A DNA stretch of 64,000 nt from a virus. The stretch is taken from positions 64,001 through 128,000 of the IMG/VR virus record IMGVR_UViG_3300021963_009993. One strand, written 5' to 3'. Positions within the stretch are counted from its first letter, which is position 1; the number at the start of each line of letters is the position of its first letter. The notes beneath the pieces were generated by a model. It had not been told where the DNA came from, ran no database searches, and saw nothing but the letters and a program-made list of their open reading frames with translations. A program made the translations under genes and the position numbers. Of the stretch, positions 40,901-48,407 are shown piece after piece.

Positions 40901-41950
40901 CCTACACCTACACCTACACCTACACCTACACCAACGCCTACTACTGGTTGTGAAACATGTCGAGATTGTCAAATCAATACTTGTTGTTATGAGTGTAGCC
41001 CAATAAATGGTTTTTATTATTCAACAGCATCTGGTAACAAATGTGACATTGGTTGTTACTGTCCAATAATTACTGGATTTACACCTTGTACTTATCCTTG
41101 CGTAACATGTTTGCCTAATTGTGAATGCGCCACCACAACATTACCACCTTGTAGTGCGCCAACAGGATATTGCAGATATGAATGTTCTAGTAATAACACA
41201 TGGCAGTCTTATTGCAATAATTGTGAAAACGGCCAGAATTGTCCTTCTGGCATAATAGGAACTTCTTGTAGTACAGTTGGTGTTTTCAAAGATGAAAGAT
41301 GTGTTGGAAGCGGAACAACATCAACAACCCCTGTGCCGACAACGACAACGACAACGACAACATCAACATCGACAACCCCAACTCCCACAACATCAACTAC
41401 CCCACCTACACCTACACCTACACCTACACCTACACCTACACCTACTCCAATTATTGGCAACTGGGTATTACAATTCTCAACAGCTTGTTCACAACCTTTA
41501 AATCCAAGTTGTTGTGCAGTACCAACAGCAGATTGTACTTCATCAATATTTGGAACATCTACTGAAACAAACTGTAATCCGGGGGCATGTGGCGGTCAAA
41601 GCCTTGGTTGCACATGGGTTTGCCAAGCAGCATTTGCAGCAACTGCAAAAGAATTCAAACATAATTGGGTGAATATAACAGAACCAAACATACCAACACC
41701 AGAAAATAGGTCTGAACCAGTCAATATCTCTAGTTCATTAGAAAATAACATCAACAATCTTGGAATCCAAATTCAAGAAATTCCACAAACACCTTTATCA
41801 TTTGATAGTGATAAAGTTCAAAATGTAGAATACAGAGACTTATCGAAAAATATGTTAAACACAACTATGAACACAAATACTGTAAAATTTGTTTCAGCTA
41901 ACACTAATCTTAATGTTGACACAGAGGATTTGTTTGGCGAGAAAAAATGA
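37961..41950 (+). CDS. Mucin-like fibre/adhesin: anchor module, PKD-like domain, split P-domain, Thr/Pro tracts, Cys-rich domains
   Basis: AEHHN module, IDFGDG, multiple poly-T/PT tracts, 22 Cys in about 118 aa near the C-terminus. Confidence 0.75.
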   Translation: MANIFPSQSVYPRQYDSDRTLYKVFNTAETVLSEDLKAWATEISIVPVADDKMDLWDDNGFANISGELIYYDNVVRNYYGKAVKLINCIRNQGGKPPQFNSAGTDVRGFVIAEHHNQLARAIVNTERFIASLDLELQSLANLQLTSDDFGVPEIDFTYRVVNENPNVGTTINYNLNVNTPQPSPTPTPTPGTPTPTPTPTPGTGPGINFNIDFGDGTNNSTDQTGSHLYTPNNTVDPSVTVTGPGFISTQSGPVRIAPSQPAQVPVVANPALPQCVIPAIPAFPDYQVNVPNLTPEQLQFPPIVFPALDIGPFGPIVIPSEIKITPPFNIPSTISFKDIPNLPSTIDIQIPGITVPDANGNYIVPPQFLPNGSPNPAYNSNTGPFGIPKTITINPASININPASVNINVDVNKTDKQCFLCSDPAVWPQSSTNLVANQYPLPVNGRCIVCGSDGSLVGKLGTSDVYLDQLGDDQGNITSLTVTVSNIQLPAGKSYGSLRMLLVSPKGQSCLLMGGFTTTTTTTSTTPRPTTTTRRPSTTPVPATTPRPTTTTLPPLAEVLDSISAAVTGTPCPTATTQNNTGNAETTDTSCYITNTIQEATPIQISFDPEIFVTGPVYSLDLYLLNQSGRVLNNITLSFSTDGTRFFDINQVTTGWQNNSYKAVRFSLAAANFTPIRNAVNTFYIKNSRSLPLPGQSPTPNRLGAVKVSVAGLQGEIANPTKIWQGLGNSAEGDTLKNYMLYRVITRYYQANPTTTTTTTTTTTTTTTTSTTSTSTSTTRPPDFPTNTTITFSDTAPTDIYTGNAILFAGSGMYKPSPNGRQSVALPIGAGIPSAPYGTSLSVFYGEQVDGYTPPAPTPGTSTSSTTSTTPSPSQRWRLYIAIDDATLNGSLTRFCIKASVTTSSSCSGALPFSGSTTSTTTTTTTTPTPTPTTSTTPPTPTPTPTPTPSPTPTPVPTPTPVPTPTPVPTPVPTPTPTPTPTPTPTPTPTPTPTTGCETCRDCQINTCCYECSPINGFYYSTASGNKCDIGCYCPIITGFTPCTYPCVTCLPNCECATTTLPPCSAPTGYCRYECSSNNTWQSYCNNCENGQNCPSGIIGTSCSTVGVFKDERCVGSGTTSTTPVPTTTTTTTTSTSTTPTPTTSTTPPTPTPTPTPTPTPTPIIGNWVLQFSTACSQPLNPSCCAVPTADCTSSIFGTSTETNCNPGACGGQSLGCTWVCQAAFAATAKEFKHNWVNITEPNIPTPENRSEPVNISSSLENNINNLGIQIQEIPQTPLSFDSDKVQNVEYRDLSKNMLNTTMNTNTVKFVSANTNLNVDTEDLFGEKK
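40710..40945 (+). repeat. In-frame simple-sequence tracts (3-, 6- and 18-nt units) encoding poly-Thr and (PT)n/VPTP
   Basis: acaact, acacct and ccagtaccaacacccaca-type units; similar tracts at ~38510-38570, 39506-39625, 40218-40296 and 41315-41450. Confidence 0.85.
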
Positions 41951-42843
41951 AAACAGAAAAGATATTTACCAAAAATGTAAAAATCAAAAACATTAGGGGC
42001 GAAGATCAGAATTTTATTCTAAAACAACATAAAACCAACAATGAATATTTTAAAATAGAAGATATTTGGGTTAGAAATTTTCTTAAAAAGAAAGCAATAC
42101 CATTAGATTTGAATAGATTTTTCAAGGAAGAAGAAATCAAGTTGATAATAGACAATGAAATAAAAAATTCAAAAATGAATTTGACAAATCTTTATCAAGA
42201 AAATTTTAATTATGAAAAGGCAATAATAATATCAGACGGTTATGGTTTTGAAAAACATATTGATCTTATTGAATCATTGCCACCAAGAACATGTTTAATA
42301 ACCGTAAACTTGGCAGCCAAGTTATGGAATGCAAAAGTACTTCCCACATTCATGCTAATATCCAATCCCGATTATTCGTGCAAATCTCAAATGCCAATAA
42401 GAGTTTTTCCAAGGTTGTTGGCTAGCAGAAGAACAAACAATGATTTTCTTTCAAATTACAAAAATCTTGTCTATCTTTACGATGTTGTTCCAGATGAATG
42501 GTATCAATCTCCAAATTCAAAAGCATCAGATCTTTTTATTGATGAATACAGAAATCCAATATGTGCTGCTCTTGGTTTGTGTAATTACTTTGGTGTAAAC
42601 AAAATTTTTCTTGGTTATTGTGCTGATGCCTACACAGAGGAACGGGCTGGAACTGTAAAAATACAAGATGGTTTTTACAACTATCCACAACAAAATTTAG
42701 CAAACAAGATAATTGATGCTAGTTTGCTTTGGTATAAATTAGGAGTGCCGGGACTGAAAGTTTTTCACACAGGAGTGGAAAAAGCTTTCAGTTTTTCCCG
42801 GCACTTAGATCAAGAAAACTTCAATAAAGCAATACTACTTTGA
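41947..42843 (+). CDS. Maf/DUF115 (MptE-like fold) putative glycosyltransferase
   Basis: KAIIISDGYGFEKHIDLI...CLITVNLAAK...PTFMLISNP and ICAALGLCNYFGVNKIFLGYCAD match the MAF_flag10 pattern; ATGA overlap with the fibre gene stop. Confidence 0.55.
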   Translation: MKTEKIFTKNVKIKNIRGEDQNFILKQHKTNNEYFKIEDIWVRNFLKKKAIPLDLNRFFKEEEIKLIIDNEIKNSKMNLTNLYQENFNYEKAIIISDGYGFEKHIDLIESLPPRTCLITVNLAAKLWNAKVLPTFMLISNPDYSCKSQMPIRVFPRLLASRRTNNDFLSNYKNLVYLYDVVPDEWYQSPNSKASDLFIDEYRNPICAALGLCNYFGVNKIFLGYCADAYTEERAGTVKIQDGFYNYPQQNLANKIIDASLLWYKLGVPGLKVFHTGVEKAFSFSRHLDQENFNKAILL

Positions 42844-43323
42844 TGGTTTAGCATCCTTTTGTGGCACTACCATTTTGCCTGTTTCTGGACAGCTAAAATC
42901 TTCAATCGCTTTATGATATCCTTGTTCGTAATTACTTTCAGAACTTTCTTTTCCACTAGCTAGCCCTTTGTGAAATGCTGCTTGACTAAGCAAGCTAAGA
43001 AAGCTCATATTGTTTTCCAAGTTTTTCGGATAATTTTCTGCTATTGAGATAATTTTTTCTATTGACTCATCGTCAATATTTTTTTCAGTATTTGAATAAA
43101 TCATCAACATGGCTTCAACCTTGCCATCTTGTTTCCCACTTTCTCTAGCTGATTGTAAATCAGCTAGAGAATAATTTACTTTTTGTTCATTTATCAAATT
43201 TTCGGAAATAGACTCAATGAACAAAATTTTATACTTTTCCTTTTCTTGGTACTGCCAATAAGAAACAACACAGAAAAGAAAAGTAATTATGCCAGCAGTT
43301 ATGCCGAATAACCATGACTTCAT
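42835..43323 (-). CDS. N-terminally anchored membrane protein (paralog A)
   Basis: N-terminal hydrophobic helix; GKQDG, FHKGLASG and YEQGYHKA motifs. Confidence 0.7.
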   Translation of the reverse strand: MKSWLFGITAGIITFLFCVVSYWQYQEKEKYKILFIESISENLINEQKVNYSLADLQSARESGKQDGKVEAMLMIYSNTEKNIDDESIEKIISIAENYPKNLENNMSFLSLLSQAAFHKGLASGKESSESNYEQGYHKAIEDFSCPETGKMVVPQKDAKPSK

Positions 43324-43334
43324 GTCAGTACTCC

Positions 43335-43856
43335 TTATTTCTTCTCTTGTGCTGGTTTCTCTTCATTCTTTTGACCATCTTCTTGCTTTTTGAGTTGTGA
43401 GTCAATGAACTGCTTGATAGCCCCCTGAACATTATCACCGCTCTTGAAAATGGTGTTGAATGCTTTCATGGTTTCATTTTGTCCAGCCGTGAAACCTTTT
43501 TGATAGCCTTTTTCAAATTCCATTTCGCCAACAAAACTAGTTTGCTCTAATCCCCTACTGTATCCAGAATGCCAAATGTTGCTAATCTGAGATTCAGCTG
43601 GATCAATTTTATGAACCAGAGATAGAATACCCTCTTGATATCCTTGCATTCTTGCCAAGTCTGTGTTTTGTGATTGGATATCATTCATTTTTGTCCACAA
43701 AAGTTCATTAGCCATATCTTCACTAATTTTGCTTCTTTTTTCTGCCACTTCTTGTAGGAACTCAGACTTTTTATTCGTAGTAAATTGAAAATAGTTATAA
43801 CCTATAGATGCTGCTAAAGCTGCACTCATGGTGATGATGGTAAGAAAAGACTTCAT
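43335..43856 (-). CDS. N-terminally anchored membrane protein (paralog B)
   Basis: Start reassigned to 43856 after AGGAG; hydrophobic helix; GYQEG, WHSGYSRG and FEKGYQKG motifs. Confidence 0.7.
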   Translation of the reverse strand: MKSFLTIITMSAALAASIGYNYFQFTTNKKSEFLQEVAEKRSKISEDMANELLWTKMNDIQSQNTDLARMQGYQEGILSLVHKIDPAESQISNIWHSGYSRGLEQTSFVGEMEFEKGYQKGFTAGQNETMKAFNTIFKSGDNVQGAIKQFIDSQLKKQEDGQKNEEKPAQEKK

Positions 43857-43869
43857 GATCTTGCTCCTA

Positions 43870-43888
43870 GTGTGACTATGCACACATT
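43870..43888. promoter_or_regulatory. 19-bp palindromic element, copy 2 (putative operator)
   Basis: Identical to 6584-6602; immediately upstream of the SD of 43335..43856. Confidence 0.55.
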
Positions 43889-43951
43889 AAAGTTGGTGGA
43901 TTTCCAAATTCATTTTGCAAAATAACATGAATCAAAATATAGTCAAGCAGA

Positions 43952-44308
43952 TTAGATTTTTTTTATTGGTTGCAACATAATTTTTTGTATTTTTGGCTGA
44001 GGTATTCTAAGCAATTCATTTTTATAATTTAAAAATTTAGGAGCCATATTTATTGGTAAATTTTTATAACCATATTTCCTTAATGTATCACAAAATTCAT
44101 TGAAATCTTTACAATCTTGCACAATTAATTCCCAAAGCATTCTTTGTGGTTGATAAAAATTCTTTAGCTTATGGTAATCTGCATCGGGTAGATTTAATTC
44201 TTCCAGAGAATCAATTCTATGCAAGTATGATTTGGTGCTTGCATTTTCACAAACACCAAGCAATTCTACTGCTGTCTTATCTCTTCTTGCCATAAAAAAA
44301 TACTGCAT
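43952..44308 (-). CDS. Hypothetical protein
   Basis: 118-aa ORF with AAAGGTT SD-like sequence. Confidence 0.6.
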   Translation of the reverse strand: MQYFFMARRDKTAVELLGVCENASTKSYLHRIDSLEELNLPDADYHKLKNFYQPQRMLWELIVQDCKDFNEFCDTLRKYGYKNLPINMAPKFLNYKNELLRIPQPKIQKIMLQPIKKI

Positions 44309-44434
44309 TTCTAACCTTTCATTTTCTTGGATGACTGAAGAAGAATTTTGAATAATTCTTCTAATAAAATATCTTTTTGAATAGAATTCTCCCCAAGCAT
44401 TTCTATTAAAGAATCAAATGATTCATTAGTTGAT

Positions 44435-45013
44435 TTGATAATTTCCTCTTTACTCGGTGTTTTTATGTCTTCCATAGAAAATCTTTCGATTATTAAAAAT
44501 AATTTACCTATTATTTATAAGGGATCTGATGTTTGTATGGCAGCCAAATTATTGATATTAAAGAAAAATATTAAAACAAAATACCCAGAACTAAAAATCT
44601 ATTTCGTTTTTGATGAGAAAATTATAAAATATTTAGAGTTAACAAACACCATCTCAATACAGGATTATGAAAAGTATCAAGGAAATTTCGTCAAAGAATG
44701 CATAGTCGATAGTAGTCTGGAAGACTTTTGTGAAAAAAATGACATTGATATGTTTGTTTGTCATTCAAGAATCAACAATTCATTCCAAGATGAAAATATA
44801 ATTGAAACAATTCTTACCAAACATACAAATGATTTTTTCTTAAAAACTATAGATAATGGTGTTGATTCTGTGTTTTTTGGCAGAGAATCTCCAGAAATCA
44901 TAGAAGCAGCGTACATGGGAAACAAGGTGGTTTTGATTGAAAGCGGTTCTGGAACGGTTTCTTTTCAGAAAATGTTTCCAGATACAAGAATAATAAGCGG
45001 CGATAATAGATAA
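44435..45013 (+). CDS. Degenerate GT9-like protein
   Basis: DVCMAAKLL...KTKYPELKIYFV and GVDSVFFGRESPEIIEAAYMGNKVV resemble GT9 N- and C-terminal motifs; start probably ~44465. Confidence 0.4.
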   Translation: MIISSLLGVFMSSIENLSIIKNNLPIIYKGSDVCMAAKLLILKKNIKTKYPELKIYFVFDEKIIKYLELTNTISIQDYEKYQGNFVKECIVDSSLEDFCEKNDIDMFVCHSRINNSFQDENIIETILTKHTNDFFLKTIDNGVDSVFFGRESPEIIEAAYMGNKVVLIESGSGTVSFQKMFPDTRIISGDNR

Positions 45014-45035
45014 GTATAAGACAATATTAAAGGAG

Positions 45036-45596
45036 ATGCCGATGAGTGTGTTCAAAGTAGTATTAAACAACAAATATATGGGTCAACTTGATATTGACCC
45101 ACGAACAGGTGCCCAAGAGGTTCCATCCATTCAACGCACCATGTTTGCGCCCGGACCACACGGTACTTTCCGTGAAATTGCCGATGGCACAACATTCACC
45201 GATTGTAATTACTGGAAAACATACGCTTATCCAGCACTACCCCATGACCAAGCTTTTATACAAGTGCTTGTAGATGATGGTAGTATTTGGACTCCAAACG
45301 ATGAATTTAACACAGTTCCAACGGTAAATACAGGAACAATAGCAGCAGCAGGTTCTGTAACTATTGACTATACCTTGAACGGTGGAAGCTATGCTGTTTT
45401 CACACAGATAAGCAACACAGGCAGCAATCCCATGACAGTCGTACTAAATGGTTCATCCGCTCCATTTACCTTGGCTGGTGGTAATACTCAGGTTTTCAAC
45501 AAGGGAGACTTGAATATTTCAGCAATCACACTTGCATCTACTCTAGGAACAACCTACACAGTAATCGCAGGTACTACAGCTGTTTGCTACACCTAA
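45036..45596 (+). CDS. Putative virion protein (beta-rich, G/T/S-rich C-terminal domain)
   Basis: AAGGAG SD; phage-structural composition; followed by a terminator. Confidence 0.6.
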   Translation: MPMSVFKVVLNNKYMGQLDIDPRTGAQEVPSIQRTMFAPGPHGTFREIADGTTFTDCNYWKTYAYPALPHDQAFIQVLVDDGSIWTPNDEFNTVPTVNTGTIAAAGSVTIDYTLNGGSYAVFTQISNTGSNPMTVVLNGSSAPFTLAGGNTQVFNKGDLNISAITLASTLGTTYTVIAGTTAVCYT

Positions 45597-45619
45597 CAAA
45601 AAATTCAAAATATAAATCG

Positions 45620-45656
45620 AAAGAGGGGAAGAAAATTCTTCCCCTCTTTTTCTTTT
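45620..45656 (+). terminator. Intrinsic terminator
   Basis: aaagaggggaag-aaaatt-cttcccctcttt followed by a T-tract. Confidence 0.8.
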
Positions 45657-45661
45657 AAATT

Positions 45662-46615
45662 ATGAAGTTTTTCAATCCTGTGATTCATAATAAGAATGTC
45701 TCTATTAAAGATTTTTATGAAATAAAAAACAAAATATGCATTGTTAGATCCAGCGGAGGTCTTGGAGATATCGTTAATATGAGAATGATATTTCAAGATC
45801 TAAAATTAAAATACCCACAGTTTCATGTAACATGGGCTATTCCACATGGCTATAAGGATGCAGGGGCAAACCATCCATATGTTGATAATTTAATTGACTA
45901 TCAAAGCATAAATCTCAAAGAATATCTAAAAATTTATAATTTAACAAATGCTTGTACAAAATATGAATGGAGATTGGGAAAAGACAATGACAAGAATAGG
46001 GCAGACATATGGGCGAATCATGTAGGATACAACTTAGATCATGCAAATACATTTATGCCTAATTATGATTGTTATTTTACAAATATAAGAAAAAAACTTC
46101 TAAAACTTGGATGGAATGGTGATAAAAAAATAATTGCTTTGGCACCCAAATCAGCTTTGGCTACTAAAAACCTAACTTTTGAAATTTGCAAGAAAATAAA
46201 AAACCTTACTGAAAGATATTTTGTTTTTGCAATACACAACGCACCAATAATAGAAATGTCAGAACTGAAAATACCAGTTTTCTGCGGGGACACTCTAGCT
46301 GAAAGTATGGCATCAATACAGATGTCTGATGGTGTAATTACAACAGATACTGGCCATATGCATATTGCCGGTGGATATGGAAAACCAACTATGGCTATAT
46401 TTTGTTACACAAATGGGAAGATAATAACAAAACATTATCCAAGTGTTCATGTTGTTCAAAAACATTTTGATGAATTCCCTGAATGGTGTGGTCCATGCAA
46501 CAATTCAAATAACTGTCACAAAACAAAACTAATACCTAAACCTTGTATGGAAGAAATAACAGAGGAAATGTTGTACAATTGCTGGGAAAATGTCGAAAAA
46601 TTACTAAATATATAA
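45662..46615 (+). CDS. Glycosyltransferase family 9 (heptosyltransferase-like)
   Basis: GGLGDIV...LKLKYPQFHVTW, ANHPYVD, IALAP, ITTDTGHMHIAGGYGKPTMAIF. Confidence 0.85.
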   Translation: MKFFNPVIHNKNVSIKDFYEIKNKICIVRSSGGLGDIVNMRMIFQDLKLKYPQFHVTWAIPHGYKDAGANHPYVDNLIDYQSINLKEYLKIYNLTNACTKYEWRLGKDNDKNRADIWANHVGYNLDHANTFMPNYDCYFTNIRKKLLKLGWNGDKKIIALAPKSALATKNLTFEICKKIKNLTERYFVFAIHNAPIIEMSELKIPVFCGDTLAESMASIQMSDGVITTDTGHMHIAGGYGKPTMAIFCYTNGKIITKHYPSVHVVQKHFDEFPEWCGPCNNSNNCHKTKLIPKPCMEEITEEMLYNCWENVEKLLNI

Positions 46616-46617
46616 GT

Positions 46618-46860
46618 ATGGCAAACTTGATACAACCAAGCCAAGTAAAAGTAGTAACAAATAATGGCGAAGTAACAGTTCATTTGACGATTGATTTAAA
46701 TCTCAATTTAAATCAAAACGGCAGTATTGGTGTTTCAGAAGATAGTAGTGACAGGCAGGTCACTAGTTTTTCAAAACCAAAGAAAAAAGATGATGATGAC
46801 AAGGTGATGTGGGAAGTACCTGATTTCAAACCGTCAGAAAAACTAAAATTTGGTAAATAA
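46618..46860 (+). CDS. Small hypothetical protein upstream of the actin-like gene
   Basis: Start reassigned to ATG 46618 (MANLIQPSQVKVVT); fills the gap between GT9 and actin. Confidence 0.6.
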   Translation: MANLIQPSQVKVVTNNGEVTVHLTIDLNLNLNQNGSIGVSEDSSDRQVTSFSKPKKKDDDDKVMWEVPDFKPSEKLKFGK

Positions 46861-46914
46861 ACTTTGCATAACTACTATAAAGTAAGGAATAAAAATAATA
46901 AGAGGAGTGAAAAA

Positions 46915-47922
46915 ATGTCTAATATAGGATTCGACTTTGGTACTTACAATTTAGTTTCTTGCAAAAGAAGCGATGACAAAAAATTCTCTTACAAAAGAGA
47001 AATCAATGCTTTCTTGGATCTACCTCTTGAGAATCGCTTTGTTTTTAACATGATGAAGACAGCTGGGGTTCCTTTAATTGAACGAGAAAATGTAGCATAC
47101 GCACTTGGAGAAAGTGCTGTAAACATGGCCTATACTTTGCCAACATTAGAATTAAAGCGTCCCATGAAAGATGGTTGTGTAAACCCAAAAGAAAAAGATG
47201 CATTTCAAATCATGAGCATCATGGCACATAGTTTGATTGATCCAATTGAAAAGGATGGAGCAAATCTTTATTACAGCGTTCCAGCCAATGCAATTAATCA
47301 AGAAACAGATGCTGATTATCACAACAAAGTTTTGGAAGCCATATTCAGGGGCTATGAATCAGACGAGGGCTACAAAGTAAATCCCAAGCCCGTAAACGAA
47401 GCTCTAGCCCTCGTATATGCAGAACTTCAAAAGAAGGCATTTACTGGCATCGGTGTTAGCTGTGGTGCAGGCATGGTAAATGTTTGTTACGCCATGTATG
47501 GAAATCCAATATTCCAATTTGCAATAGTTAACTCTGGTGACTGGATTGACAAGCAAGCTGCTAAAGCAACAGGCGAAAGCCCAACATTCATTAACAAAGA
47601 AAAGACCAAGGTTGATTTGGGTGCTGCTCCTACAAACTTAGTTGAGAGAGCAATAATAACTCAGTATAGATTGATGATTGAGAAGACAATTCAAGGAATT
47701 AAAGAAGGATTAGCTACTTCCAAAAAAGCGATTAAATCAGAACATCCAGTTGACTTTATAGTTGCTGGTGGTACTGCAAGTGCCAAAGGTTTTACCGAAA
47801 TTTTCAGCGAAACTTTAAAATCAGCTGAATTATCGATTCCTGTTGGAGATGTTATTCGCCCAGCAGATCCACTTTACTCCGTAGCCAGAGGCTGCCTAAT
47901 AGCTGCCGAAGCCGCAAATTGA
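46915..47922 (+). CDS. Actin-like ATPase (ASKHA fold; volactin/MreB-like)
   Basis: Phosphate-1 IGFDFGTYN, RPMKDG, connect-1 VNEALA, phosphate-2 GVSCGAGMVNV, adenosine IVAGGTA, connect-2 PLYSVARGCL; AGAGGAG SD before ATG 46915. Confidence 0.88.
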   Translation: MSNIGFDFGTYNLVSCKRSDDKKFSYKREINAFLDLPLENRFVFNMMKTAGVPLIERENVAYALGESAVNMAYTLPTLELKRPMKDGCVNPKEKDAFQIMSIMAHSLIDPIEKDGANLYYSVPANAINQETDADYHNKVLEAIFRGYESDEGYKVNPKPVNEALALVYAELQKKAFTGIGVSCGAGMVNVCYAMYGNPIFQFAIVNSGDWIDKQAAKATGESPTFINKEKTKVDLGAAPTNLVERAIITQYRLMIEKTIQGIKEGLATSKKAIKSEHPVDFIVAGGTASAKGFTEIFSETLKSAELSIPVGDVIRPADPLYSVARGCLIAAEAAN

Positions 47923-47933
47923 AAGGATGAAGG

Positions 47934-48392
47934 ATGTCTTCTAAAGAAATTGTGCAGAAAAATATACAAGACTTGGGTGTGGCTGCGTACATCTTAATGC
48001 ATTCATATCCACTTGCTGGAAGAAAAGATAGAACTTTTATTTTCAGCGTTGAAAAATCAAAACTTATGGAATTTGAAGATCTTAAAACAGCATACCTTTT
48101 TAGTGAATTTCATTATTTTGATCATTGCTTAATGGGTCTTAAAAAACTTGAAGAATATCCTTTTGGAATAAATTCAAACAAATTTGTTACAGATCTTGGA
48201 GCAGCAGCCTTCATTTTGATGCACAAATTCAAATTAATAGGCAAAAAAGGAAGAGCTTTTTATTTTGATATGTCAAGCAAAGATGAAGAAAATCAATTTG
48301 ATGATTTGAATTTACAATATGCAAGTTCTGAATTCCATGACTTTGACTCTAAATTGATGTCACTCAAAAAAATAAATGAATTTATAAGATGA
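47934..48392 (+). CDS. Tandem two-repeat protein (DUF5659-like, putative DNA-binding)
   Basis: Two ~70-aa copies of DLGxAAxILMH...F.F...SEFHxFDxxLMxLKK. Confidence 0.6.
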   Translation: MSSKEIVQKNIQDLGVAAYILMHSYPLAGRKDRTFIFSVEKSKLMEFEDLKTAYLFSEFHYFDHCLMGLKKLEEYPFGINSNKFVTDLGAAAFILMHKFKLIGKKGRAFYFDMSSKDEENQFDDLNLQYASSEFHDFDSKLMSLKKINEFIR

Positions 48393-48397
48393 AAATG

Positions 48398-48403
48398 TAA
48401 ATA
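48398..48403 (+). promoter_or_regulatory. TAAATA, representative T4 late-promoter-like box
   Basis: Also upstream of starts at 12054, 32653 (+) and 12036, 8923, 52894, 56653, 63470 (-); weak evidence in an AT-rich genome. Confidence 0.4.
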
Positions 48404-48407
48404 ATAT

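Noticed and set aside
40513-41565. Gln/His-rich, Tyr/Thr-rich, Val/Gly-rich and Cys/Trp-rich ORFs in alternative frames
   Set aside because: Frame-shifted or antisense readings of the Pro/Thr microsatellites in the fibre gene
34656-41950. Diversity-generating retroelement acting on the fibre genes
   Set aside because: No reverse transcriptase and no template/variable repeat pair with adenine-specific differences seen; repeats are simple coding tracts
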